Assembly (NCBI GenBank): GCA_913778505.1
Contig: CAJYWD010000046.1
Coordinates: forward strand, 10,566 to 74,565
DNA: 64,000 nt
Direction: 5' to 3'
Origin: an uncultured Chryseobacterium sp.
Lineage (GTDB): Bacteria > Bacteroidota > Bacteroidia > Flavobacteriales > Weeksellaceae
Shown piece by piece: positions 53,481-62,400 of the stretch (position 1 is its first letter; each line of letters opens with the position of its first letter). Below the pieces are notes generated by a model. That model saw only the letters and a program-made list of their open reading frames with translations, did not search any database and was not told the origin of the DNA. Both the position numbers and the translations under genes were made by a program.

Positions 53481-54303
53481 AACATACGTCAATAAGCATC
53501 GCAATTCGTTTGACACCTTGGATGTTCCGGATGGGATGTTTGACAAAATCATGTCTGAAGTTCACAGCCGGAAGAAACCTTCACGCAAAAATCCGGTAAA
53601 GCAATGGACATTGATTGTGACAGGCGTGGCCGCTTCAATCATTCTACTCTTTAATTTAGCTGTAAATATTAACAGTGATCGAATCCAGGCGTTCCGAGAT
53701 AAAAACTTAACAAAACAATCACACAACACCTTGAATCTGACAACGGACAATAAAATAAGCCGAGCTGCCGCTCCCAAAGTAATTTCAGACACCAATCAAG
53801 ACCCTAAAAAAACCCTCGTAACGATAGGCAGAAAATCAATTGTTGCTGAATCCCAAGGATCAATGATTCCGCAGACGCAAGATTCTGGTAAGACAGTTAC
53901 AGAAAATCATTCGGAAGCGGCCAGACAACTGATGGAAAACCAATTTTCAGCCAGCTCCAGACTTAAGGGTATTGATTGGCTAGACGACCAGGAATCTTTT
54001 GATCATAAAATGATACAACTTCTTTGTGTTTTGGCATTAGCGGATGACAATACCAATGTAAGATTGGCAGCCTTGGCAGCACTCGAAAAAAAGAGGTATC
54101 TGGGCGAAGTTGCCGATAAAATAGATCAAATTTTTCTTAATCAAAATGATCCGATTGTACAGCAAGAACTTATAAGGTTTTATGCTGAAAACGGATTGGA
54201 CAGTAAAAACGATTCTATCCACAAACGAATCATTGAGCTTTCCAGGAATTCACCCGAAATGTTCGTGAAGGATGAAGCCTTCGCAGCCATCCTAAAATAT
54301 TAA
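53464..54303 (+). CDS. Probable anti-sigma factor (single TM, C-terminal HEAT-like repeats)
   Basis: Overlaps the sigma stop; DPLKTYVNKHRNSFD..VP, TM at ~aa 48-67, ASSRLKGI...DDNTNVRLAALAAL. Confidence 0.7.
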   Translation: MNDPLKTYVNKHRNSFDTLDVPDGMFDKIMSEVHSRKKPSRKNPVKQWTLIVTGVAASIILLFNLAVNINSDRIQAFRDKNLTKQSHNTLNLTTDNKISRAAAPKVISDTNQDPKKTLVTIGRKSIVAESQGSMIPQTQDSGKTVTENHSEAARQLMENQFSASSRLKGIDWLDDQESFDHKMIQLLCVLALADDNTNVRLAALAALEKKRYLGEVADKIDQIFLNQNDPIVQQELIRFYAENGLDSKNDSIHKRIIELSRNSPEMFVKDEAFAAILKY

Positions 54304-54338
54304 ATTCTCCATTTAAATACATAGTAAACCCGAAAATT

Positions 54339-55145
54339 ATGAGAAATCTATGCTTACTGATGTTGTCCTGCTATTCATTTTTTATAAATGCCCAGGATAG
54401 AAAGAACGATCCTATAAGCCAGCAAGGTTATGTCCAATCTTACAAAATCAAAAAGCCCGCAGGCAAACTTATTATTAACGTAGGAGAAGCAATTATTGAA
54501 GGATATTCCGGAGACGAAATTATTTTTTCAGTTACCGAAAAAGACAATTTAATTGACAAGCGTGCAGAAGGCCTTCAATCCATTAATGGTTTAGGATTGG
54601 TGGACAATACTGGACTGGGAATTAACGTGACTGAAAACAAAGGACTGATGGAAGTCACCGCAATTAATATAATGGCTGCCAAGAAAATTAAAATCCTGGT
54701 ACCAAAGTCAGTGATCGTTTCTTATAAAAATCAGTCCCAACATTCTGAAACAGTGATCTTTAAATACATACAAAACGAGATTGAAATTGCTACAACCTAC
54801 AACGACGTGAAGCTGGAAAATATTACTGGCCCTGTTACGGCAAGATCGATCCACGGCAATATTGATGCGATGTTCAGCTCCAATGTAAAAGGACCTATTT
54901 CCATAATATCAATCTACGGCCACGCAGATGTCAGTCTGCCTAAAAGCATTAAGGCTGATGTCAGAGCTTCCACTACCTACGGCGAAATATACGTCTCGCC
55001 TCAACTTCAATTGGCTGTGGCCACACCGAATGTGAAAAATCCGCCTCAAGTGATTAACGAGGTGAATGGTAAAATTAACGGAGGTGGTCAGAAAATTGAT
55101 ATCCGATCCGATCATGATAAGATTTACCTGAGAGCCAATCATTAA
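54339..55145 (+). CDS. DUF4097-like beta-strand repeat protein
   Basis: 268 aa secreted; repeats such as VKLENITGPVTARSIHGNID, ISIISIYGHADV, NGGGQKIDIRSDH. Confidence 0.7.
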   Translation: MRNLCLLMLSCYSFFINAQDRKNDPISQQGYVQSYKIKKPAGKLIINVGEAIIEGYSGDEIIFSVTEKDNLIDKRAEGLQSINGLGLVDNTGLGINVTENKGLMEVTAINIMAAKKIKILVPKSVIVSYKNQSQHSETVIFKYIQNEIEIATTYNDVKLENITGPVTARSIHGNIDAMFSSNVKGPISIISIYGHADVSLPKSIKADVRASTTYGEIYVSPQLQLAVATPNVKNPPQVINEVNGKINGGGQKIDIRSDHDKIYLRANH

Positions 55146-55210
55146 ATTGACAGGTAGGTATTCTCATCTATCCAATATTTTATTTAAAATTCAATAAAAT
55201 AATACTATGG

Positions 55211-55267
55211 TTAACTCTTCATTAACCGTTCATTAACTTAATCAAATATCAAAATTGTTCACTTTTG
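55211..55267 (+). promoter_or_regulatory. Three TTAAC units at 11-bp spacing upstream of a CAnnTTTG box
   Basis: TTAAC at 55211, 55222 and 55233; CACTTTTG at 55260-55267. Confidence 0.4.
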
Positions 55268-55293
55268 TAGGAATAAAATTGAAATAACATCCT

Positions 55294-55659
55294 ATGAAAA
55301 AATTTATAATGACATTTTTCCTTTCCGTACTGGCGCTTTCACTGTCTGGACAGACCAAAACCACATCGAAGACCACTTCATCAAAAACATCAGTTTCTGT
55401 AGAGAAAACCAATAAAAAGTATGTCTACACATCGTATTTTGAGGCTTCCAAGACCAATGCTGCAAAGTCAATCATAATTAGTAATTTAGGAACACCGAAT
55501 GAAGACAATACACCACTCGCCAGATGGACACGGAAAGGCGTAATTGCCAAGGTTTGGAATGGGAAAATACAGATCATTATGGAATACTCAATGACTCCGA
55601 AAGCAATGATAATCAAAGTAGAAAAGATGGCCGATGAAATTTCCAAAGTCATTAATTAG
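55294..55659 (+). CDS. Small secreted hypothetical protein
   Basis: 121 aa with signal peptide and a Thr/Ser/Lys-rich N-terminus. Confidence 0.7.
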   Translation: MKKFIMTFFLSVLALSLSGQTKTTSKTTSSKTSVSVEKTNKKYVYTSYFEASKTNAAKSIIISNLGTPNEDNTPLARWTRKGVIAKVWNGKIQIIMEYSMTPKAMIIKVEKMADEISKVIN

Positions 55660-55666
55660 TCTATTT

Positions 55667-57043
55667 ATGAAGAAAAAACATTTGACTGTGATACTTATGT
55701 TTTTAACCCTGTTGATGTGGGGAAAGAGCATTAAGTTCAATATCAAATATTCCGAACCACTTGCTGTATTTGTATTCATGCAAAACCTTTCTGAGAATTA
55801 TCCTGATAATGTTTTCAAGACCGAATTTCAAAAATCCAAGTATAACACTGATGAATTTATAAAACTGATCAGAGAATTTAACGATCTTCCTATTGACTAC
55901 AGCTATCAGTTTGACGAATATCCCTATGCATCGAAAACGAGGATGCAGACCAGGGATTTACTGAAAAAGAACCTTATTGAAACCAATACTCTCAATGATT
56001 TTAGACTCCGATCTATCGGTATTTTACCTAACAATGTCTTGAATGCCCTTACAACTTACATTAAATCCTTTACCCCGATCTATAATGAACTCATCTATCA
56101 ACCCAATAAAATAAAGTTTGAGAAACAATTAGCAGAAATTACGGAATACGCCAAAAACAATGATCTGGACAGTTATTTCGAAAAAGGATTGGTATTTTAC
56201 AATTCGAGTTGGGATCAGTCAATTCCTTTCGAGATCGCATTTTATCCCTTTCCGGAATCTGATTATTTTACCGCTCAGGCGTTTTACAATAACTTCGTCA
56301 GCGCCATACAGACCGATTTAGAAGATTACAAAGATCTGTTCAGTGTAATGATGCACGAGACTTATCATATCATTTATAATGAACAAACGTTGGAATTTAA
56401 AGTCCTGATAGACGAAGCTTTCAAAACAAATCCGTCCAGGTCCAGTAATTATGCATACCTGCTCATGAATGAGGTGCTGGCTACAGCTTTGGGGAATGGT
56501 TACGTTTACGAAAAACTAAATAATGGTAAACAAGATGTCAATGACTGGTATTTCCATCAATATATCGACCTGATGTCCAGGAAGATCTATCCGCTGGTCA
56601 AAGGATACATCACAGAAAAAAGATCCATCGATAAGAATTTTGTCAATCAGTACATCCAGCTGTATGAAACCTCTTTCCCGAATTGGATCAACGAGCCAGA
56701 CAATATTATGACCTACAGGTATGTTATTTCAGAAAACAGTGATGATTTCAATACTATACGCCGCAAATTTCGTTACAGGTCTATGGAAGAAAATGATTCG
56801 GAGTTATCCGAAACCAGCATCAACACTATGAAAAAGACACCTTTGACCAAGTTAATCGTCATATCAAACGATAATGCACAGAAACTTACCCTTGTAAAAT
56901 CGAATTTTAAAGAACTAAGGGATTGGAAATATATTCCAGATCAGGAATTTGTCCGAAAATTTCTCTTAAATGACAAAAGTCAACTTATAATTATCAATCA
57001 AAAAAATTCTACTCTGGATAAGCTCCTGACAATGATAAAATAG
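55667..57043 (+). CDS. Secreted hypothetical protein with HExxH, putative gluzincin metallopeptidase
   Basis: MMHETYHII followed 34 codons later by LMNEVLA; start set at MKKKHL (55667). Confidence 0.6.
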   Translation: MKKKHLTVILMFLTLLMWGKSIKFNIKYSEPLAVFVFMQNLSENYPDNVFKTEFQKSKYNTDEFIKLIREFNDLPIDYSYQFDEYPYASKTRMQTRDLLKKNLIETNTLNDFRLRSIGILPNNVLNALTTYIKSFTPIYNELIYQPNKIKFEKQLAEITEYAKNNDLDSYFEKGLVFYNSSWDQSIPFEIAFYPFPESDYFTAQAFYNNFVSAIQTDLEDYKDLFSVMMHETYHIIYNEQTLEFKVLIDEAFKTNPSRSSNYAYLLMNEVLATALGNGYVYEKLNNGKQDVNDWYFHQYIDLMSRKIYPLVKGYITEKRSIDKNFVNQYIQLYETSFPNWINEPDNIMTYRYVISENSDDFNTIRRKFRYRSMEENDSELSETSINTMKKTPLTKLIVISNDNAQKLTLVKSNFKELRDWKYIPDQEFVRKFLLNDKSQLIIINQKNSTLDKLLTMIK

Positions 57044-57243
57044 ATCTTAAAAGCTTTTAAAAATGTTTAGAATTCATTCCCGAAGCTATTTTGACCCGTA
57101 TCTATAATTTTTTTTACCTGCTTTAGTTTTTTACATTAGATAACGAAAAATTAAACCATGCTGCCCATCACTATCTTACAATGTACCATACTAATTAACG
57201 TAAGTTCGGGTTAAGGATTTATACATCGCAAAGCCAAACAAAA

Positions 57244-57349
57244 AATTGATTATTTGATTTTCAATAATTTAAATAGACAAGGGTGCTTCGACAAGCTCAA
57301 TTCTTGTTTTACTTTGATAAACGAAATCGAAGATTTGGCGTAGTCAATT
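57244..57349 (+). other. Long imperfect hairpin with a CTTCGACAAGCTCA module in the apical loop
   Basis: Nested stems 57244-57252/57341-57349, 57253-57262/57323-57331 and 57275-57281/57303-57309, with G.U pairs favouring the plus strand. Confidence 0.5.
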
Positions 57350-57656
57350 GGCAATGTTTAACTTAAAATCATTTTAGAGCGTATATTCCTTTCTTTTTCT
57401 TTGCGATAAAAACAATTGAGCATTGTAAAATGAAAATTTAATAATTTGCATATCCCGTCTTCAGGTAATCATTTTAACGTGATATCGAAATAAAACAAAT
57501 TAATTAATATTCAATCTATTACTTTCAAAGATATTATCCGATGTCTTGGTTTTTCATAAAACTTTAATTTAAGCAGCGATTTCAGGCGAGGTGCTAACAT
57601 TATTGTGATCTCATCTGGTGTGATAATCAGGTTTTATCTGGAGCAAATGTACAGCT

Positions 57657-58115
57657 TCAGGCAAGCATACTCTTCAAAATTTTTCGACATGCGGCTACAA
57701 ACTTTTCGCACTCTTTGTCTCCCAGCCCAAACTGTGTGAGCTTAAAAATTTTTATTCTGCCATTTGACGGATACTTGTAACATATCACGATCTCGCTGAA
57801 CCATCTTCTTTTGACAATGTCCACGAAGATGATGTTGTCGAATGGCATATAAAATAAATTCTTACATTTTCTTGGTTTAAATGGACAATAATTATAGATG
57901 CTAATGTTATTTTCCGCATTGCTGATCTCAAAACAACGAAGTTTGACAAAAAGCAACAGCAGGAAAGCCGTCATAATTATGCAAAGTAGCAACAGCCACT
58001 TACTAAAAAACTCTGGTATTGACACGATAGTAATAATAGCCAGATAGTTTGCCTGGCTTAAGACTATCATTAAAATGGCAGCCATATTGATCATGTGTTT
58101 GTTCGATATTTCCAT
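57657..58115 (-). CDS. Small membrane protein (2 TM plus soluble domain), paralog 2
   Basis: 152 aa; two hydrophobic segments then LRCFEISNAENNISIYNYCPF. Confidence 0.65.
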   Translation of the reverse strand: MEISNKHMINMAAILMIVLSQANYLAIITIVSIPEFFSKWLLLLCIIMTAFLLLLFVKLRCFEISNAENNISIYNYCPFKPRKCKNLFYMPFDNIIFVDIVKRRWFSEIVICYKYPSNGRIKIFKLTQFGLGDKECEKFVAACRKILKSMLA

Positions 58116-58126
58116 TTTATAAACCG

Positions 58127-58609
58127 TTAGATTTCAAATGCTGACTCGGAGATCCTGCAATCATGTATACTTTCTTTACATGACGCTGCAAACGTTCTGA
58201 TTGCCTCATCACTGAAGCCAGTAATCGTGTAGTGTATTTCTCTTCTGCCCTTTCCCATACGGCTGATCCTGATGACGATCTGATGATCGTACATCAGATT
58301 TCTGATGATTTCTATAGAGTTGATATTAGCGAAAGGCATTTCCACATCGTTTTGCCATTGTCTTTTCCTCAGAGGATGGTACTCTTTGATTGCGAACAGC
58401 TGACCGCTATTGGTAACTTCGGTGTAACGGAGCTTCCACAGAAAGATGATCTGGCAAACGGTTAAAACAGCAATGGTGATCACGAATGCTAGGTAGGTCT
58501 TGTGAAGCTTCAAAACAATCGATCCGGCTAATAACAGGATGCTGAGTGCCAGAGAGCAAAGCGTCACGATCAGGAAGCGTTTAATGATTTTTTTGTTGTT
58601 TAGTCTCAT
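58127..58609 (-). CDS. Small membrane protein (2 TM plus soluble domain), paralog 1
   Basis: 160 aa; two hydrophobic segments then LRYTEVTNSGQLFAIKEYHPL. Confidence 0.7.
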   Translation of the reverse strand: MRLNNKKIIKRFLIVTLCSLALSILLLAGSIVLKLHKTYLAFVITIAVLTVCQIIFLWKLRYTEVTNSGQLFAIKEYHPLRKRQWQNDVEMPFANINSIEIIRNLMYDHQIVIRISRMGKGRREIHYTITGFSDEAIRTFAASCKESIHDCRISESAFEI

Positions 58610-58753
58610 CTTTTGTTGATTTAGATCTTACACTATTAATAATGATTTAACAGGATTTTTCTTAAGATCTTCTTTATAAAAATAAAGTACTATACAGTCT
58701 AAACCATCTCGAAAGTAAAAAGTTTATATTGTTAACAAGTAGTCGAACAGTTC

Positions 58754-58782
58754 AAAAAGCACAGGCATCTTTTGCCTGTGCT
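58754..58782 (-). terminator. Intrinsic terminator after the adhesin partner gene
   Basis: 10-bp stem AGCACAGGCA/TGCCTGTGCT followed by a T run on the minus strand. Confidence 0.8.
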
Positions 58783-58791
58783 GAAAATTAA

Positions 58792-59400
58792 TCAAGGCTT
58801 CCAAAAGCTCCATACCGTACCATTATATACGGCAAGCTGCTTCTTCACAGTATCATAAGCCATCATACCGGGTGCAGGATTCTGAATTGTCAGATGTGGG
58901 CTGGCTACTTTCGGTAGCACCATTGCCTTGTTACTATCTGTCAGCACTAAAATCCCGGGAGTAGTATCAGAACTTGCATTTGTTCCTATTGCAACTTTGG
59001 CATTTTCCTGCTCTTTCTTGCTGTCCTGCAAAGAAGAGTCTACAGCATTAAATGCATTAATCGTAGTTCCGTTTACATTCATAGGAACACTGCCTGTAAG
59101 TGGTTCCCAAGATCCTGCCTTCCTATATTTCACTTTTTTATCGGAAAGATCAAAGATGATGGTACCATCTACTACCGTTCCAATTCCTTTGTAGCCGGCA
59201 CCAGTGGAAGCATCGTACGCCACAGGATTACCGGCTACCGTAGATACCCATGGTAATATGATACCTCTAGCATTATCTGCCTCAGAATAAAATTCGAGAG
59301 ATACGTTAGAACCAGCCGTTATGGTAGCTTTTCCTACTGCTACCTGTGAAAACACAAACGTTGAGATCAGTAAGGATGCTGTCATTAAAAAAATTTTCAT
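58792..59400 (-). CDS. Secreted adhesin-partner protein with two G/A-xxLPxV...GxxxYD...W modules
   Basis: 202 aa with signal peptide; GIILPWV...DGTIIFD...W and AMVLPKV...NPAPGMMAYD...W. Confidence 0.8.
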   Translation of the reverse strand: MKIFLMTASLLISTFVFSQVAVGKATITAGSNVSLEFYSEADNARGIILPWVSTVAGNPVAYDASTGAGYKGIGTVVDGTIIFDLSDKKVKYRKAGSWEPLTGSVPMNVNGTTINAFNAVDSSLQDSKKEQENAKVAIGTNASSDTTPGILVLTDSNKAMVLPKVASPHLTIQNPAPGMMAYDTVKKQLAVYNGTVWSFWKP

Positions 59401-59431
59401 TATTCTAAATTTTAAAGATTAAAAAGATAAA

Positions 59432-59474
59432 GAGGAGGCGAAGATATTTTCATACTTATCTGGATTGCCTCCTC
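59432..59474 (-). terminator. Intercistronic hairpin between adhesin and partner
   Basis: GAGGAGGC/GCCTCCTC stem followed by TTTATCTTTTT on the minus strand. Confidence 0.5.
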
Positions 59475-59495
59475 AATTCTTTACTATTTAAGGTG

Positions 59496-62400
59496 TTAAT
59501 CAGGACATGCTGGTGTATTCATACAATGCCATGCCGGTGAAGAATCTCCTGCTTTGGTTGTATAAACTTTCAGACAGGCAGCCTGCTTATCATATACCAT
59601 CATTCCTTCAATAGGATTGGTAATATTGCTAAGATCTGCTGTTGTATCTACTCTGTTAATTACAAATCCTTTTTCTTTAGACTCCAAAGCTGTCCAGGCG
59701 CCTTTGCGTGCCATTGGCCAGTCATTATTTGTTGTACCTGCTCTGCCAAGAGCTGTAATACCATGCTTAGTGTCTAAAGTTGTTCCTCCGATAGCTGCCG
59801 GCTTATAGCAAGCAGAGGTACACGCAGGATCCTTTTGAGTACTGTCTTTAGAGGTTCCAACACCTTGCCCTTGATCATTCCCTATATCAGCTGCACCACC
59901 TGCATTAACAATAGTAGGAACACCTTGTGAATCTACACAACCGCTTCCGGCACAAAGGTTTTGATTAGATGCTGTGGAACCGGCACCGACAGATAACCCT
60001 GTATAGGCATTTACTAGCATGCTGCCAGTTACGTTTTCATCTCCTTCTATGGCATCTAAACAGCCGTCATTGTCGCTGTCAAGATCCAAAGAATTCCGAA
60101 TTCCATCATTATCATAATCAGCATTGCACGTACTTCTTGATAATAGTTTTACAGCATTCATTTCCCAGCCATTGCCTGAATAACCATTAGGGTTGTTCCT
60201 AATCCTGATACTGTTGATGCCTTGAGGATAATTGATCGCAATGGAGGTAAAATTTACTGTTCCATCGTTAGTGCTTCCAATAGCTCCAGAAGAAGTTATA
60301 TACGAAGTCGCAGAAAGCCCTGTGACCATTGAGGATGTAATAGGGTATAAACTCCCATTAATGTAGACTTCTAACAATTCTGAAGCAGTAGAAGTACCGG
60401 AAATATTTATAGTCTGTGGTATCTGCAAAGAATATACTGGGTATGGAAATGTATACAATATTGATTCATCCTGGCTGCTTTGCCCTATCCAGTAAGTATA
60501 TCCTGAAGTAACAGGGTTTACAGAGCCATCTCCTCCTACTACAGAGAATGTAGCGTTTGAAGTAGTAGTTCTTCCTAATGTTATTGTTGTGGTGCTAATA
60601 CAATCTTCGTCAGCATCCAAAATCCCATCATTGTCATTGTCTAAGTCATTAATATCAGGAACGCCGTCGCCATCTATATCATTACAAGCGTTAATTGTAG
60701 AATTCTGAGAGTAACCGATACCTTGTCCTTGATCTCCACCTACATCAGCAGCACCCCCGTTATTAACTACAGTAGGTATACCTTGTGTATCTACAGTAGT
60801 TCCAAGATTTTGATTGGATGCAGAAGAGCCTGTTCCTACGGATAATGTCGATGCTGAAGCCACCAGCATTGAAGCCCTAACATTTTCATCTCCTTCGATG
60901 GCATCGAGACAACCATCATTATCGGAATCCAAATCCAAACTGTTCAGTATGCCATCTCCATCTGTATCGGTAGAAAGAGGTATTGTACATGGGTTATCAA
61001 AAGCTATTCTTTGATCGTTGGTATATAATCCAGTAGACGCTGTATATCCAAAATAGGCTTTTGTTCCTCCAAAAATACCTGTAATAGAATTGGTTCCTGT
61101 TGCCGGGAAAGTATAACTGGTCACATCATGTCCATCAAAAGTATAACGCAAAGTATGAGTAGCTACAGACCAATAAAAGGAAACTTCATGCCATTTTCCA
61201 TCTTTTACATTGCCAGAGGTTGCTGACAACTGTGCCGTAGAAGACAAAGCTGACCAATCAGATGTTTTTCTAATTGTTCCATGGTCATAACTAGGGTCGT
61301 AGTCTGGGGCACCACTATTACTGTATGTATCCAGTTCCAGTGCAACACCATTCGCTATATACTTAGCACCTAAACCTCCACCACTATCGCCAATAGCATT
61401 GTATCCTGCAGAGGAGTTATGAAATACTACCGCCATTCCATCTGCTCCATTGGAATTACTGCCAAGATATACTTTCATCGTAAATGCAAAACTTTTAGAA
61501 AAATCAATCTGTCCGAATGTCCATGCTCTACCAGCTTGACTATTTGTATTTGGTGTTAATTGTATCTGGTAAGATGGTCCTGTAGGAGAACCTACATTGG
61601 AAGTTGGTACATTTGCATTACCACCAATTTTAAATGCATCGTTCGGATCATTTGTAATCCCATTTTCCACACAATCCAAGATACCGTCGTTATCATCATC
61701 CAAATCAATATTATCTGTAATACCGTCTCCGTCAGAATCGATATATCCGCTAACAGGAAGAGAATAATCTTCTATCTCACCATTGGCAAAAGCAGTACTG
61801 GTTGTATATGTGCCAGTGCTTAATCCATCACCTATTGCTCTTTCATCTACTCCGGAAGTGCTATCATCATCTGCTAATGAAGCGGTCGTAAAGCGCAGTC
61901 TCATGTAGGTTTTTGTATTGGCAGTACTCTCATAAAACGGAGATGCCCACGTAAGAGTTACGTTTTGGGCTCCTGCTGTTCCGGTGACTGTAGCAGAGGT
62001 GTATTCATAAACAGAAAATTTACCATTGCCATCCATATCAATCCATCCGTGAAGGGTAGCTGTTCCTGCAATAGTCTTGTAAACATTCACATTCACACTA
62101 TATGAGGTCGTTGTTGGACCAAAGGCAGGTAAAGTAGCTGTAATACCGTCTTCGTCTGCACCGTCACCATTCGTTCCATTACTATCCGCCGAGGCTGCTA
62201 CAGGCTGATTAGCCATCTCAAGATCATATGAACTTCCCAAATATAAGTTAGATGCCGTCTGGTGTCTTGCCGGAACTGAGACAGAAGTAGAAGCACCATT
62301 CATCTCGAAAGTTGCAGGAGCATCTCCAAAATCAAATCCGGGGTTTACTGTAATCTGATAATCTTCTATTTCGCCAATTGTAGAAGTGCCATATACACCC

